Shown: positions 39,963 to 51,150, counted from the first letter of the stretch. The stretch: 64,000 nucleotides of DNA from Candidatus Geocrenenecus huangii (GCA_023254095.1 JALNLM010000004.1:9359-73358), one strand, 5' to 3'. A program made the numbers and translations. The notes: generated from the letters alone by a model not told the origin.

Positions 39963-40823
39963 TTGAGAAGGCGTTTCTATATTCTTCAGGGTGGGCTCGC
40001 AGGATTCTTCTTTGGTACTTCAGCCATCTTTATCCGTTATCTACCTCTTATGGATTCTTTTACGATAGGCTTCTATAGGCTCATGATCGCTACAACGATC
40101 TTGACGGCTTTATCCGGAATATTCTACAAGACAGCTTTAGTTGAAACTTTCAAGGATAGAGGTTTCAGAGCATCCCTGCTTGGAGTAGTTATCGGTGGGC
40201 ATTTTGCAGCATATATTAGTTCCGTTAAACATACAACCATTATGAATGCAACCGTCTTAACAAATACGACCCCAATATTTGCATCGGTCTTCTCATGGAT
40301 CTTTTACAGTGTTAGGCCGAGTCTCAGAAGCGGGTTAGGGATCACGATATCCTTAATCGGCATGATCACGATATTCTGGAGGGCTGGAGACAGAGGCGCA
40401 AACATCGTCGGAGACATTGAGGCAGTTGTTGCAGCATTACTATGGGCGTTATATCTCGTTTTCGGGAGGGAAGTAAGGATTAAGTCTCATCCAATAACGA
40501 TAATGATCCCAATATATATCTCATCCTCCATCCTGCTAGTATTCTCCGGGCTCATCTTCGGGGATCCTAGGCTACCTCTAGTAGACGAGGTTCCAGCTAT
40601 ACTTGGATTAGCGGTTTTCCCAACAACTCTAGGTCATACACTCTCCTTTAGTTCTCTTAAGGGGTTACAACCATACCAGACAGCTATACTATCATTGCTA
40701 GAGCCGGTCGTGGCAACGCTCCTCGCGATACCATTATTCAACGAGGTGCCTACAATTGACGCATTGCTGGGCGCATCGTTGATATTCGCTGGAATATATC
40801 TGGTCGTGAGCTTAGAGCGTTAA
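39963..40823 (+). CDS. EamA/DMT family transporter
   Basis: 10 TM helices in two repeats; TTPIF and LLEPV motifs. Confidence 0.9.
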   Translation: MRRRFYILQGGLAGFFFGTSAIFIRYLPLMDSFTIGFYRLMIATTILTALSGIFYKTALVETFKDRGFRASLLGVVIGGHFAAYISSVKHTTIMNATVLTNTTPIFASVFSWIFYSVRPSLRSGLGITISLIGMITIFWRAGDRGANIVGDIEAVVAALLWALYLVFGREVRIKSHPITIMIPIYISSSILLVFSGLIFGDPRLPLVDEVPAILGLAVFPTTLGHTLSFSSLKGLQPYQTAILSLLEPVVATLLAIPLFNEVPTIDALLGASLIFAGIYLVVSLER

Positions 40824-41815
40824 CCATACTCTTTGGATAACTCTTTTAGATACTTCTTTAGTAACGCGTAGACTGCAGAATTATCTTGTAGAGCCAATCC
40901 TACACTTTTGAATACGGTTATTTCCTCCTCGCTTGTTCTACCAGGCTTAGCCCCTGAGACTATTTCTCCTAGCTCAGCATATATCTTATCCTCTGAATAT
41001 CTTCCCTCTCTTATAGGTATGATGATGTCTCCAGCTTCTGAGAGAGCCGCCTCCCTCATATCTACAACTACTTTCGCATTAACTATGGTTTCTGTATCTA
41101 TCTCTCTCATATCAGGAGTATATGCCCCTATAGCGTTCATGTGGACTCCTGGTTTAAGCCATTCTCTCCTAACTACGGGGGTGCTGCTGGTTGTCGCGGT
41201 ACATATTATGTCAGCTTTCTCTACTGCTTCCCTAGCGCTATTCACTACCTCGACCTCTACACCCAGCTTACGGCTCATCTCTTCAGCGAACTTCTCAGCT
41301 CTATCAGCAACTATGTCATACGAATATATCTTCTTTATCTTTCTTACTTCTTTAACGCCTGCAGCTTGCGTTCTAGCTTGAAAACCACATCCAATTATTG
41401 CCAATACTTCAGCATCTTTTCTAGAGAGATATTTTGTGGCCACGCCGCTTATCGCGCCTGTTCTAAGAGCCGTTAGATAACCTGCCTCTATCACTCCTAT
41501 AGGTACTCCTCTAACAGCATCAACGGCTACTATCAGAGCATGAATAGTCGGTAAACCGATCTCTACATTCTTTGAGTAGACTGAGACTATCTTATTCGTG
41601 TAGAGGTTAAACTCCTCTATTAGGCACGGCATGGACAGTATGTCTCCATCGTAGGTTGGGCTTCTAACCCTCACTCTTAGAGGAAGTACGACATTACCTC
41701 TAGCAAGAGACCTGAATGCTTCCTCAAGAGCATTTATAACCTCCTTCATAGTTAGAATTCTCTCAACATCTCTCTCCGACAGATAGAGCATAGACCCCCA
41801 ATCATCAATGGACAA
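40820..41815 (-). CDS. ornithine cyclodeaminase / archaeal alanine dehydrogenase family
   Basis: LTALRTGA, GCGFQA and FKSVGLALQD motifs. Confidence 0.9.
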   Translation of the reverse strand: MSIDDWGSMLYLSERDVERILTMKEVINALEEAFRSLARGNVVLPLRVRVRSPTYDGDILSMPCLIEEFNLYTNKIVSVYSKNVEIGLPTIHALIVAVDAVRGVPIGVIEAGYLTALRTGAISGVATKYLSRKDAEVLAIIGCGFQARTQAAGVKEVRKIKKIYSYDIVADRAEKFAEEMSRKLGVEVEVVNSAREAVEKADIICTATTSSTPVVRREWLKPGVHMNAIGAYTPDMREIDTETIVNAKVVVDMREAALSEAGDIIIPIREGRYSEDKIYAELGEIVSGAKPGRTSEEEITVFKSVGLALQDNSAVYALLKKYLKELSKEYG

Positions 41816-41900
41816 CCTGTAGATAAATCTATTATGGGATCATGAAAAGCGTCCTTAAATAAAGATAATTAATTGCTTCCTAATCGTTTATCGAGGAGTC

Positions 41901-44177
41901 ATGAGTCGACGTCATTCAACCTCTAGATCTCTATTGCTGGTTACAATGCTTATCCTGTTTTCTTGTACCGCAATTTACCCAGTCTTAGAATCCTCTACAG
42001 CCGGCACCACAACCATGAAAGAATTATCTAAAAACTGGTTAGAAGATCTTAGGGTTCTCCGGACAAATTCATCGAGTTCTTTCTCTGTAACTAAAAAGTA
42101 CAAGATCCTACTAGATACAAGCGTACCGAATATCCACGCTGGCGACGTATGGATGATCAGAGACCGATACGGCAGATACCTCAATGGTACCGGAGTAGCT
42201 ATAGGTATTGTAGACACGGGGATCGACTATACTCACCCAGACTTCTACTTCCATAATGGTTCAACAAAGATACTGGCAATATGGGATCAGACTATAGAGG
42301 GTAAGCCTCCGAAAGGCTTTAACTATGGGCGTGAATGCACGAGAAGAGAGATAGAAGATAGGACTTGTCCTGAGAGGGATACTGTAGGCCATGGAACACA
42401 TGTAGCATCTATAGCTGCTGGGACGGGTAATGCGGGACCATACATCGGCGTAGCCCCTGGAGCATACTTAATAGTAGTGAAGTCCGGATACTCCGCATGC
42501 AACGGTACACAATGGTTCATGGATGAAGACGAGATAATAGATGGCTTGATCTATGTTGTTGAAAAAGCTAGAGAACTAGGTCTAAGACTTGTTATCAATT
42601 TAAGCATAGGCTCAAACCTAGGAGGACATGATGGGTCTTCAACTCTAGAGAAGATTATAGAGGAGCTTATAGATGGCGGCGTAATCGTTATCGCAGCTGC
42701 TGGAAACTCTGGAGATGAAAAAATACATGCTACAGGTTTCCTGAAGATAGGAGGCCAAATAAATCTTAGATGGTTTATCCCACCCTCAACTACAGGTTTT
42801 GGCCTATCTTTATGGTTAGACCATGGGGACGAGATTACGGTAAAACTCAAGACGCCCAGCAATATAACAGTTCAAGCACCAGTGAAAAACTTGTTAATCG
42901 ATGAAGTAAGCATTAGTCTCGTTAGAAGTGTCTATGATACTGGGATAGAATGGTTACTAGAATTGAGTTCTAGCGGGAGCTTACCTACTGAAGGCTGGAG
43001 TATAGAGATTCAGGCGGTAGAGACTCGGGGAAGCGGAGTATGGCATGCATGGATAAGCAGTGATACATGCTCATCATATATTGAGAGCTTCCTACCTGGA
43101 GAAGGATACATTATCTCACAGAACTATACCATAGCTATCCCCGCAACCTCCCGTAGAGTTATAGCAGTCGGAGGATACGTGACAAAGAATACATGGACAA
43201 ATTATCTAGGAGAAGTTCTCAACACTCTTTACAATGTTGGCGATATTCTAGATTTCAGCAGTAGAGGTCCGACGAGAGATGGTAGAATAAAACCCGAGAT
43301 AATCGCTCCCGGCTCAGTAATTGTCGCCGCTAGACCAGTGTCAGACCAGTTCTCCAGACTAGACGTCAATAGATACTATACTGTTAAGCATGGTACAAGC
43401 ATGTCTTCCCCCCACGTCGCCGGGGTAGCCGCAATCATCCTACAATTTATGCCCAACGCATCGTATACTGATGTTATCAAAGCTCTACAATCCTCTGCTA
43501 AATGGAGTAGAGAATACGGTGAGAGACCTAATAATGTCTGGGGATGGGGAAAGCTTGATGCGAGAGTATTCTACAACGTATCTCTTAGATTGGTTGGGCT
43601 ACCTGGAGATGTCACTGCAACGGTGTACATTAACAATTCACTAGAAAAACTCTCTGTTAGCACTCCTGTCGAAAAGGTCTTTTTGAGAGGGACCAGTCAA
43701 TTTGTTAATGCTCAAAGGGTAGTCGAATTCATAGAGAGAGGCGTTAGATATGTTGTTGAGAGGGGTAACTTCAAGATAGAAGATGGTGGAAACATCGTCA
43801 TCAGATACATTCCAGAATATCTCCTAGAAGTAGAATCGGAACTAGGCGGAGAATATGGAGGTGGATGGTATAGAGAAGGCACGATAGCGGTCTTTTCTGC
43901 TAGAAGCTATCTTTTTCCAGAAGGCTTAGAGGTACTCTTTAAGCCAATATCTATATTGAGCGGGTGGATTGATGAAAAAGGAAGGATTCTTAAAGAAAAC
44001 AAGATAGTTATGGATGGCCCCCACAAAGTTACGGCGATATATAGTAGAGACTACGGTTTGCTCTATACTGGGTGGATAATTATATCCTCCGCCATAATCT
44101 TGACGGTAATTATAATCGTGAATTATGTAAGAGAGAGAAAACTTGCCGATAGAAGTAGTTACGCCATAGACCATTAA
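41901..44177 (+). CDS. S8 subtilase (Csp-like with insertion), membrane-anchored
   Basis: Signal peptide; VDTG, HGTHVA and GTSMSSPHVAG catalytic triad; C-terminal TM helix. Confidence 0.92.
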   Translation: MSRRHSTSRSLLLVTMLILFSCTAIYPVLESSTAGTTTMKELSKNWLEDLRVLRTNSSSSFSVTKKYKILLDTSVPNIHAGDVWMIRDRYGRYLNGTGVAIGIVDTGIDYTHPDFYFHNGSTKILAIWDQTIEGKPPKGFNYGRECTRREIEDRTCPERDTVGHGTHVASIAAGTGNAGPYIGVAPGAYLIVVKSGYSACNGTQWFMDEDEIIDGLIYVVEKARELGLRLVINLSIGSNLGGHDGSSTLEKIIEELIDGGVIVIAAAGNSGDEKIHATGFLKIGGQINLRWFIPPSTTGFGLSLWLDHGDEITVKLKTPSNITVQAPVKNLLIDEVSISLVRSVYDTGIEWLLELSSSGSLPTEGWSIEIQAVETRGSGVWHAWISSDTCSSYIESFLPGEGYIISQNYTIAIPATSRRVIAVGGYVTKNTWTNYLGEVLNTLYNVGDILDFSSRGPTRDGRIKPEIIAPGSVIVAARPVSDQFSRLDVNRYYTVKHGTSMSSPHVAGVAAIILQFMPNASYTDVIKALQSSAKWSREYGERPNNVWGWGKLDARVFYNVSLRLVGLPGDVTATVYINNSLEKLSVSTPVEKVFLRGTSQFVNAQRVVEFIERGVRYVVERGNFKIEDGGNIVIRYIPEYLLEVESELGGEYGGGWYREGTIAVFSARSYLFPEGLEVLFKPISILSGWIDEKGRILKENKIVMDGPHKVTAIYSRDYGLLYTGWIIISSAIILTVIIIVNYVRERKLADRSSYAIDH

Positions 44178-44229
44178 TTCACATATCTTAATCTATTCTA
44201 GAAAATCCTTATAGAATAGTTGATCATCC

Positions 44230-44490
44230 TTGAAATATATGGTTGATCCCAGATACATTGTTAAAGTTGTAGATGCAGGTAAGACTCTAAGAGTTTCCAA
44301 AGAAATCTCAGAACTTGTCAAGAACGTTGTAGGAGGAAAAATGATGCAGAAAATGAAGAGAGAGTACGTTGACTGCCCAGTAGCGGCTAAGCAGATTCCA
44401 TTCCTCGAATGTTATCTATGTGTCTCCTTCATAAGAAGAATGAGGGGGGAAGTACATTGCGCAGGGATAGAATTCAAGATAAGGCAATAG
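44230..44490 (+). CDS. small 4-Cys hypothetical protein
   Basis: CP-x9-ECYLC-x12-C pattern; upstream TATA-like box. Confidence 0.65.
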   Translation: MKYMVDPRYIVKVVDAGKTLRVSKEISELVKNVVGGKMMQKMKREYVDCPVAAKQIPFLECYLCVSFIRRMRGEVHCAGIEFKIRQ

Positions 44491-44600
44491 GCAGATTTCC
44501 AGCTTGTAAAGTATCGTTTTCCTAGGTAGGGAAGCAATATGCATAAGATAGCTTATAGCTAGTTGGATGCTATAAATAGCTAATCTTACATGTAGATAAA

Positions 44601-45080
44601 ATGAAAACACCTAAATACAGTGGATTCTACCAAATAGACGAGGGGCGAAGTTTGGCAGCTATAGCTTCAAAAAGGTTTAGTGATGAATTCTCATCTCTAC
44701 TCGATAAGCTTGTTAGAGTAAACTTTCTGAATGGGGGGTCTCTCGAAGGTAGATTATCAGCATACAATCCTACAGATTATAGCCTATGGCTATCTGATGT
44801 AAGAGATGCTTCTGGCAAACTAGTACCGAAGATATTTATCTCAGGTAGGAACATAATGTCAATAGAAGTAATCGAGGCGGGGCCGCGTCTAGAGAAGCTT
44901 GCTGAGAAGCTAAATAAGGTTTTCCCGAACATGGTGAGATACGTACGTGAAGCAGACGTTATACTAGTCATGGATAGGATCAGAGTAACTAAGGATGGAG
45001 TAGTCGAGGGTAGTGGACCTGCGGCTGAGAGAGTACAGAAAGTATACGAAGAATGGCTTGCCGAACAGGAAAGTGGATAA
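44601..45080 (+). CDS. Lsm/SmAP3-type RNA-binding protein
   Basis: Sm fold plus C-terminal FPNMV...VEGSGPAAERV domain. Confidence 0.8.
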   Translation: MKTPKYSGFYQIDEGRSLAAIASKRFSDEFSSLLDKLVRVNFLNGGSLEGRLSAYNPTDYSLWLSDVRDASGKLVPKIFISGRNIMSIEVIEAGPRLEKLAEKLNKVFPNMVRYVREADVILVMDRIRVTKDGVVEGSGPAAERVQKVYEEWLAEQESG

Positions 45081-45235
45081 ACAATAGAAAGAGATAAGCT
45101 AAAGTCTCTAGAGTTAGGATAATTCTTCTCTGCCGTTTATTGGATAGAATTAATGCCTCCGTCTACCTATATCTTACCTGTAAGGGGAAAGCTTTTTAAA
45201 ACGTTTTTTCTCAATTGATTTGGTTGATGGAGTAG

Positions 45236-46372
45236 TTGGTGTTCGATATTCTGCAGATAGGCGGACAACAGGATATCCTCTCCACCCTAGTCTCGCTCAT
45301 CTGGCTACTCTTACTTCTCAGCTTCTTTCTATATCCAGGATTCAGTCAGAGGATCCAGCTATCATACATTTTAAGAGATTTAGAGAGGAAATTAAATAAG
45401 CTAAGGATTATTGACGACGATGTCAAGGATAGAACTTTAAAGGCTTTTCAAGAACATTCTGAACCAAATATAGATGTAAAAAATGAGCTTGAAAGACTGG
45501 TAGATTCATTTATTATATCTCCTGAATCTATGGACCCGTACGGTATAGTGTATAAGCTTGAACACATCGTTAATACCTGGGAAGATAGGTTCGAGGAAGA
45601 TGTGGCCAGGATCTGTTCTAAAGCGGATCCCGTAAAAGTTAAGACCTTGACAAACCTCGTCGAAGTATCTAGAGGAGTACACTTCATATATCGTTACGTC
45701 CGCCACTACTATTTGCTCGGGAAGAGAACACAGAACATCTATCTAGTCCTCCAGATGCAGATGCTCATGCCTCAGATAATGGAGATAGCTGAAGCATACA
45801 GGCAGGCGAGCTATGCTTTTGCTCAAGCTCAGCCGATAGGAGATGGGATAGGAGCTCTAGTCGTAGCAAAGCTCGTTCATGGGCTGGAGAAGAAAACCTA
45901 CGAAATTGCAAAAGATACAATCGTCCACGAATTAGAACTTGATGGGAGGAAGCTTCTAATACTTAGAGCAAGTGGGCCTGGAGGCACTGTTGGGAGACCT
46001 GGTGAAGGAATTGTTAAACTGATCGAGTCGGAGGGAGATCGAGTTAAATTAATAATTACTATAGATGCCGGCTTAAAGCTTGAGGGAGAAGAGAGTGGGA
46101 AGGTAGTAGAAGGAGTAGGAGTAGCGATAGGTGGGACAGGAGTAGATAAGTTCAAGATAGAGGAGATAGCTAAGGCGAAGAGAATACCTCTCTACGCTAT
46201 AGTAATCTACGAGTCGATCACGGAGGCTATTACGCCTATGAGGGAATCGATAGTGAAAGCAGCGGACAAGATTATTGAGAAGGTCAAGCAGTTAGTCAAC
46301 GAGAAAGTTGAGAAGGGGGCCACAATCATTATTGCTGGAATAGGGAATTCAGTAGGGATAGGGGTGACATAG
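45236..46372 (+). CDS. DUF1512 family protein
   Basis: N-terminal TM helix; DPYGIV, PIGDGIG, IDAGLKLEGE and GIGNSVG motifs. Confidence 0.85.
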   Translation: MVFDILQIGGQQDILSTLVSLIWLLLLLSFFLYPGFSQRIQLSYILRDLERKLNKLRIIDDDVKDRTLKAFQEHSEPNIDVKNELERLVDSFIISPESMDPYGIVYKLEHIVNTWEDRFEEDVARICSKADPVKVKTLTNLVEVSRGVHFIYRYVRHYYLLGKRTQNIYLVLQMQMLMPQIMEIAEAYRQASYAFAQAQPIGDGIGALVVAKLVHGLEKKTYEIAKDTIVHELELDGRKLLILRASGPGGTVGRPGEGIVKLIESEGDRVKLIITIDAGLKLEGEESGKVVEGVGVAIGGTGVDKFKIEEIAKAKRIPLYAIVIYESITEAITPMRESIVKAADKIIEKVKQLVNEKVEKGATIIIAGIGNSVGIGVT

Positions 46373-46418
46373 ATATCTATACTATTCCAAGGTATATTAA
46401 TAGCCTAGATACTCCTAT

Positions 46419-46649
46419 GTGGCGAGTGTAGGAGGAATGTTCCCTCAGAAACCACAACTAAATAGGTTCATCCAACCGTTAACCCATCTAACATGCTTCT
46501 CATGCAATACTGAAAATTCTAGACCATTCAAAGATGGAGACTATGTATTCAAAGAAGTTGAAGAAAAATGTCCGAAATGCGGTTCAACAAAAATGCTCAT
46601 AACAGGGATCTACATAGAAGAGAGACAGTTGAAAGAAAGAGAAAGATAA
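46419..46649 (+). CDS. small zinc-ribbon protein
   Basis: CFSC..RPFKDGDYVFK..CPKC..ITGIY. Confidence 0.75.
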   Translation: MASVGGMFPQKPQLNRFIQPLTHLTCFSCNTENSRPFKDGDYVFKEVEEKCPKCGSTKMLITGIYIEERQLKERER

Positions 46650-46793
46650 TCACCTAATAATCTTCAAGGACTCTTTTCTAAATAAACTAACAATAGAGAG
46701 CAGGTCAATCAGACTATCTTGAAGAAAAATTCTAATCATCCACTATTCCACATAGAGGATAAACCTCATCTCTAAATTATAGGGTAACATATC

Positions 46794-47690
46794 CTAGGTT
46801 ATGACTTCACATCCGTTTTCCGTCACTACTACAGTGTGTTCTGCTTGAGCCACAGGTTTACCTCTTCTTTCAACCAAGACAGGGTAAGAATATATCCTCC
46901 CCGTCTTAACCATTTTCTCATGAATCTTACTAAACTTCTCGAAACCATTTATCCATCTAGGAGTATAAGGTAGACTATCAAACTCTTCATACATATGTTC
47001 CAGGAACTTCTTCTCTTCTTCATCAAGCTTTCCAAATTTAAGTTTTCCGGCATTAATTCTATATATCGTGACAATATCTGAGGAGACTACTTCCCCTCCA
47101 CCATCACTGGTCGTTGCAAAGGGCTCGATAGCGTAGATATGACCTAGCTGGAGCTTCTCACCTCTAGCTGATGCGACATTCGGTATTGAGAGACCTGCAT
47201 GGAGATTATATCTGTCGATCTCGTGGCCTGTTAAGTTTCTTATCGGCTTGAAACCTCTACTAGTGATGACTTGCTGGATAACTCCACCGATAGTAGAGGT
47301 TTGAACGCCAGGCTTAATGATCTTCACAGCCTCAAGCAATGCTGTGTTAACCGCTTCGACCATTGCTTGTAATGCGGGGTCTAGAGATATTGTTATAGCT
47401 GTATCAGCGATATAGCCATCCACACAGACACCTATGTCTATCTTGACGAGTGATCTGGGGAAGATGATCGAAGTGTCCCCTATAGTGGGCGTATAATGTG
47501 CCGCTACATCGTTTATACAGATATTACATGGGAAGGCAGGCTTAGCGCCTTCATCAATAATCAATCCTTCAAGGATGTCGCATACTTCGGTCAATCTTAC
47601 GCCTTCTCTAGCAATACTTAGAGATTTCTCTCTAACCTTCCTAGCTACCCTGCCCGCCTGCCTCAAAGCATCTATTACAGCATCATCCAT
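46794..47690 (-). CDS. map: type II methionine aminopeptidase
   Basis: AAHYTP, DIG..DGYIADTA, NLTGH, AIEPF and QAEHT motifs. Confidence 0.95.
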   Translation of the reverse strand: MDDAVIDALRQAGRVARKVREKSLSIAREGVRLTEVCDILEGLIIDEGAKPAFPCNICINDVAAHYTPTIGDTSIIFPRSLVKIDIGVCVDGYIADTAITISLDPALQAMVEAVNTALLEAVKIIKPGVQTSTIGGVIQQVITSRGFKPIRNLTGHEIDRYNLHAGLSIPNVASARGEKLQLGHIYAIEPFATTSDGGGEVVSSDIVTIYRINAGKLKFGKLDEEEKKFLEHMYEEFDSLPYTPRWINGFEKFSKIHEKMVKTGRIYSYPVLVERRGKPVAQAEHTVVVTENGCEVIT

Positions 47691-47951
47691 ACATATCCCT
47701 CATCTAGCTTAACTATACTATAGCAATAATTACCATGACGTGTTTTATATTTTTCCTCAATCAATCCAGTAAGATAAGACTTAACCGTCAGCTTTAATAC
47801 TTGAACACAGAAGTGTAAGAAAATCAAGATGGCTATTCCTATTATCTGTTCTAGATTCATCCACTGTCGTTAAGTAATTTATGGAGCTGGAACAAGGTTT
47901 TAGAAGAAGTTTATTAACGAGATATAATTAGTTGAGGGGGGAAGAAGATGG

Positions 47952-49115
47952 GTGAATATCTTTGGCTCTAAGAATAATGGAGACTTCATGGTAACCCCGT
48001 GGACGGTTGAAGGCGAAGTAGATTATAATAAACTTGTAGAAAAATTCGGGACAAGCATCATAGATGACAGGTTGATGGAGAGATTTGTAAGTGTAGCTGG
48101 AGAAGATCACCACCTACTTAGAAGAAGGATATTCTTCTCCCATCGAGACCTAGACAGAATACTCGACGATTACGAAAGTGGTAAAGGATTCTTTCTATAT
48201 ACTGGAAGAGGCCCAAGCGGGCCAATGCATATAGGGCATATAATCCCATTCTATTTTACCAGGTGGCTTCAAGATAGGTTCAAGGTAAACGTCTACATCC
48301 AGCTGACCGATGATGAAAAATTCCTAGAGGAAAGTAGGGGGTTAAATCTTGAAGATACTGTCAGATGGTCTAATGAGAATGCACTAGATATAATTGCTAG
48401 CGGATTCGACCCGGATAGGACTTTCATCTTCCAAGATACCGAATATATTAAGAACATGTATCCGATAGCTTTGAGGGTTGCCAGGAAGGTCAATTTTAGC
48501 TGGGTTAGAGCAGTCTTCGGATTCACATATGAAACAAACATAGGTTTAATCTTCTACCCAGCATTACAGATAGTCCCATCGTTATTCGAGAAGAAGAGAT
48601 GCTTAATCCCTGCAGCGATAGACCAGGACCCATACTGGAGAGTACAGAGAGATATAGCTGAATCCCTCGGATACTATAAAGCAGCCCAAATACATAGCAA
48701 GTTTCTCCCACCACTAACTGGTCCCGTTGGAAAGATGAGTGCAAGTAAACCAGAATCAGCAATATACCTTCACGACGACCCCAAAACCGTAAGAAAGAAG
48801 ATCTGGCAAGCGTATTCAGGGGGTCAGCCTACGGTCGAACTTCATCGAAAGCTTGGAGGAAATCCCGAAGTAGATGTTGCATTCCAGTGGTTGTACTTCT
48901 TTTTCGAACCGGACGACTCGAAATTGAAGAAGCTGGAAGAAGATTATAGAGCCGGTAAGCTCTTAAGCGGAGAGATGAAGAATATACTGATCGAAAAAGT
49001 TGCCGAATTTCTTGAAGAACACCAAGAAAGAAGAAAAGAAGCTAAAGAGCTTCTCCACCTCTTCAAATATGATGGAGAACTAGCTAGAGAGATGTGGAAA
49101 AAGATCTATAAATAA
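47952..49115 (+). CDS. trpS: tryptophanyl-tRNA synthetase
   Basis: YTGRGPS, HIGH, AIDQDPY and KMSAS motifs. Confidence 0.97.
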   Translation: MNIFGSKNNGDFMVTPWTVEGEVDYNKLVEKFGTSIIDDRLMERFVSVAGEDHHLLRRRIFFSHRDLDRILDDYESGKGFFLYTGRGPSGPMHIGHIIPFYFTRWLQDRFKVNVYIQLTDDEKFLEESRGLNLEDTVRWSNENALDIIASGFDPDRTFIFQDTEYIKNMYPIALRVARKVNFSWVRAVFGFTYETNIGLIFYPALQIVPSLFEKKRCLIPAAIDQDPYWRVQRDIAESLGYYKAAQIHSKFLPPLTGPVGKMSASKPESAIYLHDDPKTVRKKIWQAYSGGQPTVELHRKLGGNPEVDVAFQWLYFFFEPDDSKLKKLEEDYRAGKLLSGEMKNILIEKVAEFLEEHQERRKEAKELLHLFKYDGELAREMWKKIYK

Positions 49116-49282
49116 CTTACATACAATATTATCTTTTATCTACTTTAAACTCTGTGGCTGTGAGACCTACGTTATAAAACAGTATATTCAGCTCTGGGAC
49201 TTCATCAAGCAACACTGTGACCTCTTCCTCTCCCATAAACTCTGGCTCGACGTGATAGGATGAGACCTACTATGTGTCCCAT

Positions 49283-50086
49283 TCATATCCGACTATTTTT
49301 AATTTTCGATGCGAAATTCCTTATCGCAGAGATAAATTGTTCAGGTGCTTCACGGTGTGGAGAGTGCCCAGCCCCCTCTATAATCATTAGAGTGCTTCCA
49401 GATATGGCTTTACTTATTCTAACACCATCTATTAGTGGTATTAGCCTATCATCTGATCCCCAGATGATCAGTGTTGGAACCTTTATCTCTGCAAAGTCCG
49501 AAGGTAAGAGTGGCCTCGAGATCTCATCAAGTAGCAATGTATAAAGTTGAGGGAATATGGGGTCCTCGAACATTTGCATAAACTCTCTTAAACGTGTTTC
49601 ATCAAGTCTTCCTAACCTCCCCAACAAACATTCTTGGTAGTATTTCCTCAATCTTTCTATACTCCACCGATCCTCCATATATTCTCTGATCTTTTTCGCA
49701 GGAGCATCACTCATCCCAGCAGCGTTAACTAATATGATGCCTTGAAATTTTTCACGGCATTTTTTGTATGCTTTTATCGAGATCATGCCTCCCATTGAGT
49801 GACCAACAATGATCACTGGATAGAAGTGCGTGGACTTCATGAAAGAACATAAAAGATCTGCAAGATTGTCAAGAGTATATGGTAATAGAGGTTTATCTGA
49901 TTTTCCGAATCCCGGTAAATCGATAGCGATCACGTGAAAACTTTCAGATAATCTATCGAAAACTTCCTCCCAGCTTTTAGAGGTCCCGCCAAGGCCATGA
50001 ATCAGCAATAGCTTGGATGCTCCTTCGTCGCCTGATTCTAGATAATGAACTCTAAGACCGCATATTTGGAGAAAAGTCTCAACCAT
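49283..50086 (-). CDS. alpha/beta hydrolase
   Basis: HGLGG, DLPGFG, GHSMGG and GH motifs. Confidence 0.92.
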   Translation of the reverse strand: MVETFLQICGLRVHYLESGDEGASKLLLIHGLGGTSKSWEEVFDRLSESFHVIAIDLPGFGKSDKPLLPYTLDNLADLLCSFMKSTHFYPVIIVGHSMGGMISIKAYKKCREKFQGIILVNAAGMSDAPAKKIREYMEDRWSIERLRKYYQECLLGRLGRLDETRLREFMQMFEDPIFPQLYTLLLDEISRPLLPSDFAEIKVPTLIIWGSDDRLIPLIDGVRISKAISGSTLMIIEGAGHSPHREAPEQFISAIRNFASKIKNSRI

Positions 50087-50225
50087 GGACAGCTATCTTT
50101 CCATCGTCAGCTATTTATAAATGCATCGGTTTAAAGAAGCTCCGAGCTCTAAACAACCCGGAAGGCAGGTAGCTGTTTAATAACATACTTGATTATCCTT
50201 TCTTTCTCACTGATTTGAGAGGGAG

Positions 50226-51122
50226 TTAGTCTTCATGCACCTTAATGTCTATAGATAGTTCAACAGGATGCTTGAGAATTAATCTGTAACTTCCCTGTCT
50301 AGCTATAATGAGAAGCATTACGTGGTAGTATACTCCCTTCTTCTCTACTGGTGTATTCAGAACTGCCTTAACAAAACCTGTATCAAGAGATGCGAGCTCG
50401 AACCTAAACATCTCTACATCTTCTCCAACGGTTTGGAAAACCCATGCATATACTTTGAATCTACCGAATCCCGAATTATCGGCCACATCTTCTATCTTAT
50501 CGACTTGAAGAGCGAAAGACCTTGTCGAACCTTCAGCTGTAAACCAGTTAGTTGTATCTTCTGGTTCGCTAGACCCTAGATTTACAATAGATGCATCGTA
50601 AGCTCTAGTTAATAGCCTCAAGCTAACCTTCCCGAAATCTTTAGCCTCTCTCCAACTAAACATTATTGTTAGAAGATATCTACCAGATTCTATGGTTAAG
50701 GGAGCATCATATCCTGGTATAATCATTGTTATCCTCGGGCATGAAGTATTGACGGCCAGAATACATGGCATATCAATCTCATAGGTCTTATTACTAGATT
50801 CAAGTTTCACCTTACCGGATAAGCTAAGAGAAGTAAGCTTCTCGATCCTTGGATCAACTATTCTAAATAATAGAGAATCAACATCATCCACTTCGATTAC
50901 GGCTACTTGTCTAAATTCGCTCACGCCTTCACTACTCTGAATCTCTAAATCTAAACTTATGAAAGAGGGATTGACCTCTACTATTGTTGAAGTAGGCGAT
51001 GTAGAAGTAGTTACTGGATGGAAAATGTTTAAGTAGAGAAAGGATGAAAACACTCCAGCGACAATAAATATCGAGACGAGTAAAGCTAGATTCTTAGAAA
51101 AAGATTGCTTAGACAAGCTCAC
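50226..51122 (-). CDS. membrane-anchored/secreted hypothetical protein
   Basis: Single N-terminal TM helix, S/T linker, beta-rich body with a Cys pair. Confidence 0.7.
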   Translation of the reverse strand: MSLSKQSFSKNLALLVSIFIVAGVFSSFLYLNIFHPVTTSTSPTSTIVEVNPSFISLDLEIQSSEGVSEFRQVAVIEVDDVDSLLFRIVDPRIEKLTSLSLSGKVKLESSNKTYEIDMPCILAVNTSCPRITMIIPGYDAPLTIESGRYLLTIMFSWREAKDFGKVSLRLLTRAYDASIVNLGSSEPEDTTNWFTAEGSTRSFALQVDKIEDVADNSGFGRFKVYAWVFQTVGEDVEMFRFELASLDTGFVKAVLNTPVEKKGVYYHVMLLIIARQGSYRLILKHPVELSIDIKVHED

Positions 51123-51150
51123 TCACGTAAATCGAGCCGCATCCTACTAT

